Assembly (NCBI GenBank): GCA_964453605.1
Contig: CAYVOI010000001.1
Span: 612,095-676,094, forward strand
DNA: 64,000 nucleotides
From: an uncultured Gammaproteobacteria bacterium
Lineage (GTDB): Bacteria; Patescibacteriota; Patescibacteriia; Veblenbacterales; UBA10138
Direction: 5' to 3'
Positions 26,371 through 36,864 of this stretch are shown here, in pieces. Both the position numbers and the translations under genes were made by a program. The notes under the pieces are model-generated. The model made no database searches, was not told the DNA's origin, and saw nothing but the letters and a program-made list of their open reading frames with translations. Numbering within the stretch: the stretch's first letter is position 1; each line of letters opens with the position of its first letter.

Positions 26371-27753
26371 TTAGCGTAAACGGCGCACGGCTCTCACAAA
26401 CTGCTCTCCCCGGTCAAACTCGTGCTTAAACACACCAAAACTAGCGGCACCGGGGCTGAGGAGTACAACTCCACGAGGCGGCACAACCTGAGAGGCCAGG
26501 TGAACGGCTTTTGGCATGTTCCGAGCGAGCAGCACCCGGCGGAAGCCCTTGAGCGCGGCCTGGAGTTTCACCGTAGCCGTACCCGGCAGCAGTACCAAGC
26601 AGGCGACCGAGCGGCGGATATCGCGTGCCAGCTCAGTGTAGTCTAAAGACTTATCGGCACCGCCCGCAATCAGCACCACATTCTGACCACTGAAGGCCTC
26701 AAGTGCAGCTTGGGTAGCCACCGGTGCGGTGGCCGTGGTGTCATTGTAGTACCTGACACCGTGCACCTCCGCTACCCACTCTAGCCTGTCGTGTAAACCA
26801 TGGAAGACGCGGACGCCAGCGCGAATTTTGGCAGGCGGCACACCGGCGAGGTAGCCGGCGGTGGCAGCGGCCAGGACGTTAGCGCGGTTGTGCGTGCCCG
26901 CCAGCTTCAGGTCGGAGAGTTGGAATAACTTTACGCGCTTGCGACCATCACGGAAGTAAACTGCATCTTTCTGCACATACGCACCACGGGTAACTGATTT
27001 TGTAACCGAAAACCAGTACACGCGCGAAGGCGCGAGCTTAGCAAACCCACGTGTTACTGGGTTATCGTAGTTTAAAACTACACTATCCTCTGCACGCTGG
27101 TAGCGGAACAGGTTAGCTTTGGCACGAGCGTAGTCCGCCATGTTCCGATAGCGATTCAAATGTTCGGGCAGCACGTTGGTCACCACCGCCAGCGGTAGAC
27201 GCTGGTGGTGTGCCCCCATAACTTCGAGGTGCCAGCTCGAAAGTTCTAAAACCACCGGCGCGGCAGGCGTAAGTTTATCCAGCACATCGAACATCACCTG
27301 GTCGCGAATGTTGCCCGCGACCACAGTTTTTTTATTCCACCGCTTGAGCATTGCCCCAAGCAGCGCTGCGGTGGTGGACTTACCTTTACTCCCCGTCACC
27401 CCTACTACTAAGCGGCTGGGGCAGAGCTTTAAAAACAAACTTGCCTCGTTCTCAATGGGGACACCACGGCGATGAGCTGCCGTAAGGAGCGGCAGCTCTC
27501 GTGGCACACCAGGGTTTTGCATAATGAGATCACACCGGCCAAGGAGCGAGATCGGGTGCCCACCGAAGATGTAGCGAATTGGTAAACCCGTAAGTTGCCG
27601 CCAGCTCTCCCGCAGTTCGCTCCGTGATTTACTATCGCTCACCGTCACACGCGCGCCGTGCCGCGCGAGCCAGCGCGCCACGGCCACCCCACCACCGTGC
27701 AGGCCCAAACCCAACACGAGCACTCGCTTGCCCCTGAGGTCAGAGAGTTCCAT
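26371..27753 (-). CDS. murD: UDP-N-acetylmuramoylalanine--D-glutamate ligase MurD
   Basis: Start set at the internal Met (MELSDLRGKRVLVLGLGLHGGG). GSKGKSTT P-loop. Confidence 0.85.
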   Translation of the reverse strand: MELSDLRGKRVLVLGLGLHGGGVAVARWLARHGARVTVSDSKSRSELRESWRQLTGLPIRYIFGGHPISLLGRCDLIMQNPGVPRELPLLTAAHRRGVPIENEASLFLKLCPSRLVVGVTGSKGKSTTAALLGAMLKRWNKKTVVAGNIRDQVMFDVLDKLTPAAPVVLELSSWHLEVMGAHHQRLPLAVVTNVLPEHLNRYRNMADYARAKANLFRYQRAEDSVVLNYDNPVTRGFAKLAPSRVYWFSVTKSVTRGAYVQKDAVYFRDGRKRVKLFQLSDLKLAGTHNRANVLAAATAGYLAGVPPAKIRAGVRVFHGLHDRLEWVAEVHGVRYYNDTTATAPVATQAALEAFSGQNVVLIAGGADKSLDYTELARDIRRSVACLVLLPGTATVKLQAALKGFRRVLLARNMPKAVHLASQVVPPRGVVLLSPGAASFGVFKHEFDRGEQFVRAVRRLR

Positions 27754-27764
27754 ACGTCCACCAC

Positions 27765-28796
27765 TCAGGTTGCCCGATCCAAGAGCGCAATAATAACACC
27801 CGCCACGCCGGTAACCGCGGAAATAACCCAAAACCGCATCACAATCTTAGGTTCCGGCCAGCCAATAGCTTCCAGGTGGTGGTGAATCGGCGCCGACAGG
27901 AACACCTTTTTGCCGCGGAATCGCTTGGACACGAGCTGGATAATTACGGACAGCGACTCAACTACAAACAGCAGCCCGATAATAGGGAGCAGGAACACGG
28001 TATTGGTAAGGAGCGCCACCATCCCCAACGTAACCCCCAGGGACATAGCACCGGTGTCGCCCATGAAGAAGCGAGCGGGGTTAATGTTAAACCACAGAAA
28101 CGCCAGGAGTGCCCCCACAATGACGCCGCAGAACACGCTCAGGTTATACCGCCCCTGCAGGAAGGCGATGGCAGCGTACGCGGCAAAGGCTGAGAGTAGC
28201 GTGCCGCCTGCCAGACCGTCCAACCCGTCGATCTCATTGACCGAGAACGAGGTGGCCACAATGGTAAAAATGAAAATGGGTACGTACCACCAACCGATGC
28301 TGAAGTTACCTGAGAACGGCACGTGCAGCACATCCCAGCCGAGCTTAGCCGAAAACCACCACGCGCCGACCACCGCAATGGCAGTATAGATGAGAAGCCG
28401 GTGGCGCATGGTGAGCCCGCCACCCTTAGGCCCTAAACCCCGTACGTTGTACCAGTCGTCAACCAAACCAACAATGGCCGAGGCCACCAAGGCACCTAAG
28501 GGAAGTACGGTTTCACCCCGGGTCAAAAAATTGAGGTGCACCACCCCGAGCTGGTCGAGCCAGAAGAAGAGGACTGCCACTACCAGTGTGGTCACCCAGA
28601 CCAAGAGCCCGCCCATGGTTGGCGTGCCGCTCTTGGCCTGGTGGAGCGCGGACATAATAGGTGCACTGGCCGTGTCGCGGATTTTTTTCCCGAGGCGGTA
28701 CTTGAACAGTACGTGCGCCAGGAGCGGCGTCCACGCAATAGCGAGCACGAACGACAGTGTGGTAAGTATGAGTACCTGAGCGGTAGCGTCGACCAT
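27765..28796 (-). CDS. mraY: Phospho-N-acetylmuramoyl-pentapeptide transferase MraY
   Basis: 343 aa with 10 TM helices and a DD...NxxNxxDGxDGL-like motif (NEIDGLDGLAGG). Confidence 0.9.
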   Translation of the reverse strand: MVDATAQVLILTTLSFVLAIAWTPLLAHVLFKYRLGKKIRDTASAPIMSALHQAKSGTPTMGGLLVWVTTLVVAVLFFWLDQLGVVHLNFLTRGETVLPLGALVASAIVGLVDDWYNVRGLGPKGGGLTMRHRLLIYTAIAVVGAWWFSAKLGWDVLHVPFSGNFSIGWWYVPIFIFTIVATSFSVNEIDGLDGLAGGTLLSAFAAYAAIAFLQGRYNLSVFCGVIVGALLAFLWFNINPARFFMGDTGAMSLGVTLGMVALLTNTVFLLPIIGLLFVVESLSVIIQLVSKRFRGKKVFLSAPIHHHLEAIGWPEPKIVMRFWVISAVTGVAGVIIALLDRAT

Positions 28797-28805
28797 AGCT
28801 GAGCC

Positions 28806-29225
28806 TTAGCTATTGAACTGCCGAAGCAGTACCGTGAGCCACAGCCAGCCTGCTCCCACCACCACCGCTGCCCACAGCCAGAAGTACCTCAGAGCCAGCG
28901 TACGTCGCGCTACGGTGTAAGCGCAGGCTACGTTAGCTACCAAGCACACGGTGGCGACGCCGGGAACTAAGAGAAAACCAACGCGGTCAGTGAGCCAGTT
29001 AGTGCCAACGTAAATGGAGTAGCGAAGCCTGAGCGAATTCGCAAACGGTGCCGGGGCAGTGAGCACCACTACCCAGGTAGCCAGTAGGAACAGGCACGAG
29101 AGCACCAGGGGCACCGCCACACCCGGTTGACGCCAAAAGGCTCGCCACGCCTCACGCTGCCACAGAAAGGGTTGACCAAACATACGACTACTGGTGATTG
29201 TAAGCTGCGCCGTACTCCTTGGCAA
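28806..29225 (-). CDS. Small membrane protein (3-4 TM) upstream of mraY
   Basis: 139 aa hydrophobic ORF at the position where murF/ftsL normally sit. Confidence 0.4.
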   Translation of the reverse strand: MPRSTAQLTITSSRMFGQPFLWQREAWRAFWRQPGVAVPLVLSCLFLLATWVVVLTAPAPFANSLRLRYSIYVGTNWLTDRVGFLLVPGVATVCLVANVACAYTVARRTLALRYFWLWAAVVVGAGWLWLTVLLRQFNS

Positions 29226-29257
29226 ACGGTGCCTTCCGTGTATGTTGCCACACAGCG

Positions 29258-29286
29258 CAAACTATGGTATAATAAGCTAACGGACA
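29258..29286 (+). promoter_or_regulatory. Sigma70-like promoter for the pilus operon: TTGCCA-17 bp-TATAAT
   Basis: Near-consensus -35, exact 17-bp spacer, and consensus -10, about 60 nt upstream of pilB. Confidence 0.6.
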
Positions 29287-29344
29287 GAAAAATTCAACCA
29301 CTGTTCCTAAAGACCTCAGGTCTCTCAGGAATTAGCAAACAAAT

Positions 29345-31087
29345 ATGCTCAACCAAAACCACCTTACCCAAGCGCTCCTGGCTACCAAAACCATCTCGAA
29401 CGATGATTTAAAGCAGATCAAGGAAAAGCTAAAGCGGGATCAGGTTAGCCTCGAGGATTACCTCTTGAAGCAACACCTCATAACCGAAGAGGCTCTCTAC
29501 CAAGCCTTGGCACGAGAGCTCAATTTGCCGTTCATCGATCTCAAGAACACGGTCATCCGCAAAGACATCTTGCTGGCTGTCCCTGAACCTATTGCCCAGG
29601 TGCACCAGCTGATCGCCTTCGACCGGGACGACAAAACGGTAAAAATTGCTAGCTGCGACCCGGAAGATCTTCAAACCTTTGAGTTCCTAGAGAAAAAGTT
29701 CGGCAGCAAGCTTATGGTGCACCTCACCACCCCCTCGTCGCTGCGGGAGGTGTTGAAGCAGTACCACAAGAGCCTGCGCGCTGAGTTTGCTGAGCTCACG
29801 AAAGAGGAACCGGGTGGCGAAGGGGAAAACGGTAGCGAGGCCAAGGGGAGCGACCTCAAGCAGCTGGCGACCGACCTGCCGGTAGTTAGGATTGTCGACA
29901 CCCTACTGGAGTACGCCATTTTTGAACGCGCCTCTGACATCCACATCGAGCCTACCGAGACCGACGTGGTGGTACGCTACCGGATTGATGGAGTCTTGCG
30001 GGACGTTATGACCCTACCCAAGAACGTGCAGGCAGGCTTGGTCGCCAGGCTCAAAATTCTCAGTAACCTCAAGCTCGACGAACACCGCCTACCCCAAGAC
30101 GGCCGCTTTAAGATTAAAACCAACGAGTACGAGGTTTCATTCCGCGTCTCCATTATTCCGGTGTTCGACGGCGAAAAAATCGTCATGCGTTTGCTCCAAG
30201 AGTCGAGCCAGGTGCTGACCTTAGAACAGCTGGGGTTCCAAGCCAAACCGCTCGAAATTTTGAAGCGCAGCATCAGTAAGCCCCACGGCATGATACTGGT
30301 CACGGGCCCCACGGGCTCAGGCAAAACCACCACGCTCTACTCAGTCCTCGCCCTGCTCAACACCACCGACGTCAACATCTGCACGGTGGAAGACCCGGTA
30401 GAGTACCGCATGCCGCGCATCAACCAGAGCCAGGTGAACCCCAGAATCGGCTTCACCTTTGCCGCTGGCCTCCGCTCGCTCCTCCGGCAAGACCCCGACA
30501 TAATCATGGTGGGCGAAATCCGTGATGCCGAAACTGCCGAGATTGCCATTCACGCCGCCATGACTGGCCACCTCGTGCTTTCCACCCTCCACACCAACGA
30601 CGCGGTGGGTACGCTCCCTAGGCTCCTCGACATGGGCATTGTTCCCTTTCTGGTCGCCTCCACCACCAACGTCATTGTGGCCCAGCGCCTGGTCAGGAAA
30701 ATCTGCACGAACTGCAAAACGAGCTACCAGCTCAGCAAAAAGAACGTCGATGAGCTCGGGCTTGAGCTCGACCTCAAGGCCCTACTCAAAACCCTAGAGC
30801 GGGAAAAGGTCCTGAATTCCAACCAGTCGCTCGAAACCCTAACCTTCTACCGCGGCAAAGGCTGCAAGCAGTGCAACGACGACGGCTACAAGGGGCGCCT
30901 GGGGATTTACGAGGTCTTCGAGGTGACGCCTGAGGTTTCAGACCTCATCCTGAACCGGGCCTCAAGCCGCGAGCTCAGCAAGGCGGCCCTGGGCCAAGGC
31001 ATGCTCACCATGCTGGAAGACGGCTTTATGAAAGCGGTGAAAGGGATTACGACCTTAGAAGAGGTGTTGCTGGCGGCCAAAGAGTAA
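29345..31087 (+). CDS. pilB: Type IV pilus assembly ATPase PilB (GspE family)
   Basis: 580 aa with GspE_N-like N-domains, Walker A GPTGSGKTT, Asp/His boxes, and a C-terminal tetracysteine (CTNC...CKQC). Confidence 0.9.
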   Translation: MLNQNHLTQALLATKTISNDDLKQIKEKLKRDQVSLEDYLLKQHLITEEALYQALARELNLPFIDLKNTVIRKDILLAVPEPIAQVHQLIAFDRDDKTVKIASCDPEDLQTFEFLEKKFGSKLMVHLTTPSSLREVLKQYHKSLRAEFAELTKEEPGGEGENGSEAKGSDLKQLATDLPVVRIVDTLLEYAIFERASDIHIEPTETDVVVRYRIDGVLRDVMTLPKNVQAGLVARLKILSNLKLDEHRLPQDGRFKIKTNEYEVSFRVSIIPVFDGEKIVMRLLQESSQVLTLEQLGFQAKPLEILKRSISKPHGMILVTGPTGSGKTTTLYSVLALLNTTDVNICTVEDPVEYRMPRINQSQVNPRIGFTFAAGLRSLLRQDPDIIMVGEIRDAETAEIAIHAAMTGHLVLSTLHTNDAVGTLPRLLDMGIVPFLVASTTNVIVAQRLVRKICTNCKTSYQLSKKNVDELGLELDLKALLKTLEREKVLNSNQSLETLTFYRGKGCKQCNDDGYKGRLGIYEVFEVTPEVSDLILNRASSRELSKAALGQGMLTMLEDGFMKAVKGITTLEEVLLAAKE

Positions 31088-31325
31088 ACAAGTATGCCCG
31101 GATATACAACTTCGCTAGCGCTCGCCCCGCACCAGAGCGGAGCACGGTACGGGGCTTCGCCTTTCAACCTCAGTGTGGTACAAGTTGATAGGGAGCAACC
31201 CACTGCGCCCTCTATCCTGCTCTTGGTGCGCGGGCTCGTGACAACCACCAGGTACCATAACCTTATGCTTCGTACACGGACGTTATTCACTAATCATTCG
31301 TTTACCTCCACTCGCGCTTGGGTGG

Positions 31326-32564
31326 TTGAGCGAAGTTGATATACCGGGTATGAAACTCGGCTACACCGCGCGAAACCAAGAGGGGAAACTTGAGCAGGGT
31401 GAGCTGGAGGTTGCCTCAGAACACGATCTGGCTGAAATCCTCCGTGCCCAAGGCTTGGTGCTGACGCACGTTACGGGCGCACCAAGTACCACCCCAGCTC
31501 AACCGCGGCGGTTTGAGTTCACGCTGCAGCGGGTGTCGGTGGTTGACAAAATATTCTTCACCCAAAACCTACAGGTTATGGTGAAGGCCGGGCTACCGCT
31601 CTCGACCGCGCTCAAAACTATTGCCCTGCAAACGGGTAATAAGACGTTCCAGCGCATTCTCCGTAGCGTTTCAGAGCAGGTGGACCGTGGTATAGCCATG
31701 TCCGATGCCCTGGTGCCCTACCCTAAGGTATTCTCCGAGCTCTTTGTGAACATGATTCGGGCCGGTGAAAAAAGCGGTAAATTGGAAGAGGTTTTAGAAC
31801 AGATTGCAACCCAGCTCCGCAAGAGCCACGCCCTGGTCTCCAAGGTACGCGGCGCGCTGACCTACCCCATCATCGTGGTGCTGGCTATGATCGGCATTGG
31901 TACCGGCATGATGGTGTTCGTGGTACCACAGATAACAAGCGTGTTTGAAGAAGTACACGCCACGCTACCCCTGCCAACCAGAATTTTGGTGGCGACCAGC
32001 CACTTCTTGGTCACGCACGGCGTGTGGGTAGCCCTCGGGGTCATTGTGCTGGGGGCTGGTTTTGTGCAGGTTATCCACCTGCCCAAAGGCCGCCGGCTCT
32101 GGCACGGGCTACTGCTCAAGCTCCCCATCGTAAGCCCAATTTTGAAAAAAATAAACCTGGCTAAGTTCTCCCGCACGTTCTCTTCGCTCCTCAAAACTGA
32201 CATCCCCATTGTGCAAGCCTTCCACATTACGGCGAGCACCCTCGGGAACAGCCTCTACCGTGAAGCGGTGGAGGAGGCGGCCGAGCAGGTAAAAAAAGGC
32301 GCCCCCGTTGCCACCATTATACGCACCCACCCCAAGCTCTTCTCGCCGCTCATCACGCAAATGGTAGCGGTGGGCGAAGAAACGGGCACCTTAGACAGCG
32401 TGCTGGACGAGCTGGCGGTGTTCTACGAAGACGACGTCGACCGCACCATGGGTAGCCTGGCCACCATTATCGAACCTGTCCTCATGCTGCTCCTCGGGGC
32501 TGGGGTGGGGGGCATTGCCGTCTCTATCATGCTGCCGCTGTACTCACTGTCCGAAAACTTTTAG
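31326..32564 (+). CDS. pilC: Type IV pilus platform protein PilC (GspF family)
   Basis: Two GspF repeats with 3 TM helices. Follows pilB. Confidence 0.85.
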   Translation: MSEVDIPGMKLGYTARNQEGKLEQGELEVASEHDLAEILRAQGLVLTHVTGAPSTTPAQPRRFEFTLQRVSVVDKIFFTQNLQVMVKAGLPLSTALKTIALQTGNKTFQRILRSVSEQVDRGIAMSDALVPYPKVFSELFVNMIRAGEKSGKLEEVLEQIATQLRKSHALVSKVRGALTYPIIVVLAMIGIGTGMMVFVVPQITSVFEEVHATLPLPTRILVATSHFLVTHGVWVALGVIVLGAGFVQVIHLPKGRRLWHGLLLKLPIVSPILKKINLAKFSRTFSSLLKTDIPIVQAFHITASTLGNSLYREAVEEAAEQVKKGAPVATIIRTHPKLFSPLITQMVAVGEETGTLDSVLDELAVFYEDDVDRTMGSLATIIEPVLMLLLGAGVGGIAVSIMLPLYSLSENF

Positions 32565-32566
32565 CT

Positions 32567-33022
32567 ATGTTACTACATACCGAGCGCGCCGGACTAAGCC
32601 TGCTGGAAATTTTAACCACCGTCGCCATTGTTATCTTGTTGAGCCTCCTCGCTATACCCTACTTTAATTCCAGTAACCAGCACACCAGGCTCAAGGGTGA
32701 TGCCGAAGCACTAACCAGCGACCTCCGGCTCGCCCAACAGCGAACCATCGGGGAACAGGTGACCTACCTGGTCAAACTCTTCGACACTACCCCACCGAAG
32801 TACCAGCTCCTCAAACGCCAGAATGGTACTGATACGCTCATTAAGGAGCGCGCCTTGAGTACCGGCATCAGGTGGCAATCCTTGGGCACCTTTACCAACC
32901 ACGAAGTAGTGTTTACCCCCACCGGCGCGGTCAGCGAGTCGAGCGCTATCGTGCTCGCTAGCTCCGACAACGCGCAAGCGTCGGTTGAAGTTAAACCATC
33001 AGGCTATGTGCGAACCAACTAG
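32567..33022 (+). CDS. Prepilin-type N-terminal cleavage/methylation domain protein (minor pseudopilin, GspH/FimT-like)
   Basis: AGLSLLEILTTVAIVILL class III signal. Confidence 0.7.
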   Translation: MLLHTERAGLSLLEILTTVAIVILLSLLAIPYFNSSNQHTRLKGDAEALTSDLRLAQQRTIGEQVTYLVKLFDTTPPKYQLLKRQNGTDTLIKERALSTGIRWQSLGTFTNHEVVFTPTGAVSESSAIVLASSDNAQASVEVKPSGYVRTN

Positions 33023-33431
33023 AACCAGGCGCGGTTTCAGCCTCATTGAGGGGCTAGTCGCCATCTCCATTATGGCCGTAGCCCTCATTACGGTGCTCGG
33101 GGCGGTACCCACCACGCTCCAGGCCAACAAACACGCCGAACTCGAGAGTTTGGCTTCGGTTTACGCCCGGGCCAAGCTCGAGGGCTTGCTCACCACCTCG
33201 TACGATGAACTTGGTACCGGCACCGTAGAACCGCGCACGGTGCTCTCCAGCGACCCAGCGAACCCAGCATCTAAGCTCTATCGCACCTCAACCGTTACGC
33301 TGCTCGACGCGAACTTCAGCCAGAGCTCAACCGACCAGGGCCTTAAAAAAATTACGGTCACCGTAGACTGGCCCAACCCCCGAGGAACATTAGGCACCTT
33401 GAGCTTCTCGAGCGTGCTCAGCCAGAAGTAG
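33006..33431 (+). CDS. Prepilin-like protein (minor pilin)
   Basis: RRGFSLIEGLVAISIMAV prepilin motif (G-F-S-L-I-E). Confidence 0.65.
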   Translation: MCEPTRTRRGFSLIEGLVAISIMAVALITVLGAVPTTLQANKHAELESLASVYARAKLEGLLTTSYDELGTGTVEPRTVLSSDPANPASKLYRTSTVTLLDANFSQSSTDQGLKKITVTVDWPNPRGTLGTLSFSSVLSQK

Positions 33432-33437
33432 AACCTT

Positions 33438-34019
33438 GTGTACACTTCACGCTACCACCGCCAGCCAACCCGCCAACCTAAGCAGGGCTTTACCTTGGTC
33501 GAAACCGTGGTGGGGATATTCATTGGCCTGCTCGTTATCCTCTCCGCCTACTCTATATTCCAGCTAGCGCTCAGAACCAAACCCAGGCTACAGAACCGAG
33601 CTGAGATTATCCAGAACATGCGAGCAACGTTTGACCGCTTCTCGCGCGAACTCAGGCAAGCCAACATTATTGTAACGACGCTACCAGCCAACGAGATACT
33701 GTTTGAAGACGGCCACGGCAACCTTGATAACACGCCACTACAGTACCTGAGGTACCACCTGGTAGGCTCCGACCTCTACCGCGAGGTCAGCTACTACAGC
33801 TTCCCGGGTAATCCCTCCACCCACGTTAGCTACAACGACACCGATGCTAATGGTAACCTACCCACCAACACCGTAACCGAAGACCGGCTGATCGGCGAGT
33901 ACCTAAGTTCACTGAGCTTCACCACTGACGGCAGTACCATCGCCGTCACCGCCACGCTCTACCTTAACCACGAAACCCTAACCCTCACCACCAATGTCGC
34001 CTCACGCAACCTCAACTAA
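33438..34019 (+). CDS. Prepilin-like protein (minor pilin)
   Basis: KQGFTLVETVVGIFIGLL prepilin motif. Confidence 0.65.
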   Translation: MYTSRYHRQPTRQPKQGFTLVETVVGIFIGLLVILSAYSIFQLALRTKPRLQNRAEIIQNMRATFDRFSRELRQANIIVTTLPANEILFEDGHGNLDNTPLQYLRYHLVGSDLYREVSYYSFPGNPSTHVSYNDTDANGNLPTNTVTEDRLIGEYLSSLSFTTDGSTIAVTATLYLNHETLTLTTNVASRNLN

Positions 34020-35217
34020 CGCTAGGCGCGGGTTTGTGCTGCTCATTGTTTCGGCGATTAGCGCTGCGCTCCTGCTCCTCACCGGCTACCTCTTAGAGCA
34101 AGCTCGGAGCGAGATACGTATAGCCGTAAGCGAGCAGCAGGCCACCACCGCCTACTACCTCGCTGAAGCCGGCTCGAACGAAGCTATCTACAAGCTCAAA
34201 AACGACTCAACCTGGAAATCAAAATTTCTTACGGGGACGTTTACAAACGACAGCTTTACGCACAGCAACCTGTTCGGCGGTACCGGCAGCTACACCGTTA
34301 CTGCGTCGAGTGCTGGTGACGCGCTGGTAGACATAACGGTCACCGCCACCTACAGCGCTGGCGGGCAGCAATCTAAGCGCGTCATCAAGACGCGCTACAC
34401 CCGCGCCACAAACCCAGCCGACACCTGGGGACAGTCTATGTACGGTGGTGATACTTCAACACAGCAGAACGGTAACGTGACGGTGAGCCGCAACTGTACG
34501 GTGAACGGCGGCACCCTGCAAGCCAACCAAAACTTCAAAATCACCAACCACGCTACCCTGACCGTGAACAGCGCCGCAGTTAAGGCCAGCAACAACCTCA
34601 TCGTCAATGGCGGCGGCACCCTCGTGCTTAACAACAGCACCCGAACCGAGGGTGTCGCGAGCGTGGCGATGCCCCAGGTAGACTTTGACTCGAGCTCTGC
34701 CACCTCCCTCAAAAACCGAGCTGACCAAACGTACACCGCTGCCCAGTTCACCGCCCTACCCTCCGGTACCACCCTCAATGGCGTTACCTACGTCAGCGGT
34801 AACGCCACCTGGACGAACAAGAACCTGACTATTAACGGCATCCTAGCAGCGAGCGGTGACATTAGCATCACACTCACCAGCGCCTACACGCTAGCGATAA
34901 ACGATGGCAACGTCGCGAGCGGTGGCTCTGGGCTCTTAGGCAAGAACAACATCACCGCCTCGGTGACCGGCGGCCACCTCACTATTCGTGGCCTGGTCTA
35001 TGCGGTGAAAGACCTAACCGTGACAGCTAAATCCACTCCTACCTTCTCTGTCACCGGTGGGGTGTTAGGGTTCCACCTGTCACTCGGCGACAATGACACC
35101 TCAGGCACCTGCACTATCACCTACGACTCCACGCTAGCTTCGAGCCCCCTTGACCCAGCCCTCAATGGTAACGAGAGCCCCATCATACAAGTAAACCACT
35201 GGGAAGAGGAGTACTAG
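33994..35217 (+). CDS. Large pilin-like / pilus tip-associated protein (Thr/Asn/Ser-rich, beta-helix-like)
   Basis: RRGFVLLIVSAISAALLLL N-terminal anchor resembling a prepilin signal (the +5 Glu is absent). 407 aa T/N/S/G-rich repeats. Confidence 0.5.
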   Translation: MSPHATSTNARRGFVLLIVSAISAALLLLTGYLLEQARSEIRIAVSEQQATTAYYLAEAGSNEAIYKLKNDSTWKSKFLTGTFTNDSFTHSNLFGGTGSYTVTASSAGDALVDITVTATYSAGGQQSKRVIKTRYTRATNPADTWGQSMYGGDTSTQQNGNVTVSRNCTVNGGTLQANQNFKITNHATLTVNSAAVKASNNLIVNGGGTLVLNNSTRTEGVASVAMPQVDFDSSSATSLKNRADQTYTAAQFTALPSGTTLNGVTYVSGNATWTNKNLTINGILAASGDISITLTSAYTLAINDGNVASGGSGLLGKNNITASVTGGHLTIRGLVYAVKDLTVTAKSTPTFSVTGGVLGFHLSLGDNDTSGTCTITYDSTLASSPLDPALNGNESPIIQVNHWEEEY

Positions 35218-35260
35218 AGCTTCACGAATCACCAAAACGCTATGGTATACTGTAGTCACT

Positions 35261-36334
35261 ATGCTGTTTGAACCTCGCTGGGAGTACCTGGGGCTCGACA
35301 TTAGCGACCGGTCCTTAAAGGCGGTACAGCTCAGACGCACGTTCCGGGGCCACCTCGCCCTCAAAGGCTTGGCACATATTGACCTACCGGCTGGTGTCAT
35401 CACCGATGGTGACATCGCCAACGCCGCCCAGTTCGACGACTACCTCCGTCGCCTGCTCACGCACCCACAGGTGGGTACGTTCACCACCACCTACACCGTA
35501 GCCTCACTACCCGAAACCAAAACGTTCATTAAGCTCATCGACATTCCCCCCATGGCCCCCGAAGAAATTGGGGAGGCGGTTCGCTGGGAAGCTGAGCACC
35601 ACATTCCCATACCCATCGAGGAAACCTACTGGGACTGGCAACGTGTGGGGGCTCCAACTGGCAACGCGCGTCTGCCTATTCTCCTCGGCGTGGCGCCCAA
35701 AACGATTGTTGATTCCTACACAGCAGCACTCACCGCGGCTGGGCTCTTCCCCACCGCCTTAGAAATTGAAGCCGTAGCCATTAGCCGGAGCTTGCTGCCG
35801 CTGGCAGAGGTAAAGAGCCCCACCGCCACCATTATCATCGACATCGGCGCCACCCGTACCGGACTCATCCTGCTTGACCAGGGCACCATTCAGTTCACCG
35901 TCTCGCTGCCCCTGTCTGGCCGTAAGATCACCGAAACCATCGCCCAGAGCCTTTCCTTGAGTGAGGGCGAAGCGGAGAAAGCCAAAATCCTCTGCGGGCT
36001 TGACCCCAAAAAGTGCCATGGCTCCATGGCTACTATCCTGCACCAGGTTATGGACGAGCTCTTGGCGCGTATTCGCGACGCCATGAGTTTCTACCAGGAG
36101 CACTTCCCCCATAGCCACACCGTGGGACAGGTGCAGCTCTGCGGCGGCGGCGCCAACTTTAGGGCGATTGACAACTACCTGGCGGGGGAGCTCAAGCTCA
36201 AAATCGTCCGCGGTAACCCCTGGCAAAACCTCGAACCAGCCCGCGCGCCCCTCAAGCCCAGCGAACTCTTGTCGTTCACGACCGCCATAGGCCTGGCGCT
36301 CAGACCCACCAACCTAGCTCCAAACCATGATTAG
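35261..36334 (+). CDS. pilM: Type IV pilus assembly protein PilM (actin-like ATPase)
   Basis: 357 aa with ASKHA-fold pattern. Followed by pilN/pilO. Confidence 0.8.
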   Translation: MLFEPRWEYLGLDISDRSLKAVQLRRTFRGHLALKGLAHIDLPAGVITDGDIANAAQFDDYLRRLLTHPQVGTFTTTYTVASLPETKTFIKLIDIPPMAPEEIGEAVRWEAEHHIPIPIEETYWDWQRVGAPTGNARLPILLGVAPKTIVDSYTAALTAAGLFPTALEIEAVAISRSLLPLAEVKSPTATIIIDIGATRTGLILLDQGTIQFTVSLPLSGRKITETIAQSLSLSEGEAEKAKILCGLDPKKCHGSMATILHQVMDELLARIRDAMSFYQEHFPHSHTVGQVQLCGGGANFRAIDNYLAGELKLKIVRGNPWQNLEPARAPLKPSELLSFTTAIGLALRPTNLAPNHD

Positions 36335-36863
36335 CTTAAACCTCCTCCCACCGGCGCAAAAAGCCAACCTCCGCTACGACCACACCTACCTCTACCTTCG
36401 CTACGTAGTGTCGGTGGTACTGGTTGCTACCGTCGTCATTGCCGGCATACTACTGGGCGCTCGACTGCTGCTGCAAAACCACTACCTCGAGCTCCTGACG
36501 AGCTCTAGCCTGGTGAACGAGCACAACCGCGGCGTCGACCGTGAAATCAGTGATCTCAACCAAAAGCTCAAGCAAGCTAGGACCATTCAAGCCGACTTCG
36601 TCAAGTGGTCGGGAGTACTGGTGAGCTTAGCCCAAACCATTCCCCCCAACGTCCAGATTTCCTACCTCAACATCGAGCAGAACTCTAAGACCGTATCCCT
36701 AAGCGGGGTAGCACAAACCCGCGACGACTACCTCAAGCTCAAGAGCAACCTTGAGGCCCTGCCCTACCTAGCGAACGTTTCAGCGCCGTTCAGTAGCATC
36801 CTCAAGCCCACCAACGTTAAGTTCGACCTCAACGCTCAACTCAACCCTGAGCACCTGCCGTAG
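36327..36863 (+). CDS. pilN: PilN-like bitopic protein
   Basis: N-terminal TM plus a coiled/periplasmic domain. Overlaps the pilM stop. Confidence 0.6.
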   Translation: MISLNLLPPAQKANLRYDHTYLYLRYVVSVVLVATVVIAGILLGARLLLQNHYLELLTSSSLVNEHNRGVDREISDLNQKLKQARTIQADFVKWSGVLVSLAQTIPPNVQISYLNIEQNSKTVSLSGVAQTRDDYLKLKSNLEALPYLANVSAPFSSILKPTNVKFDLNAQLNPEHLP

Positions 36864-36864
36864 T

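Noticed and set aside
31094-31339. 81-aa ORF between pilB and pilC
   Set aside because: Low-complexity translation. The region instead holds the repeated hairpin element.
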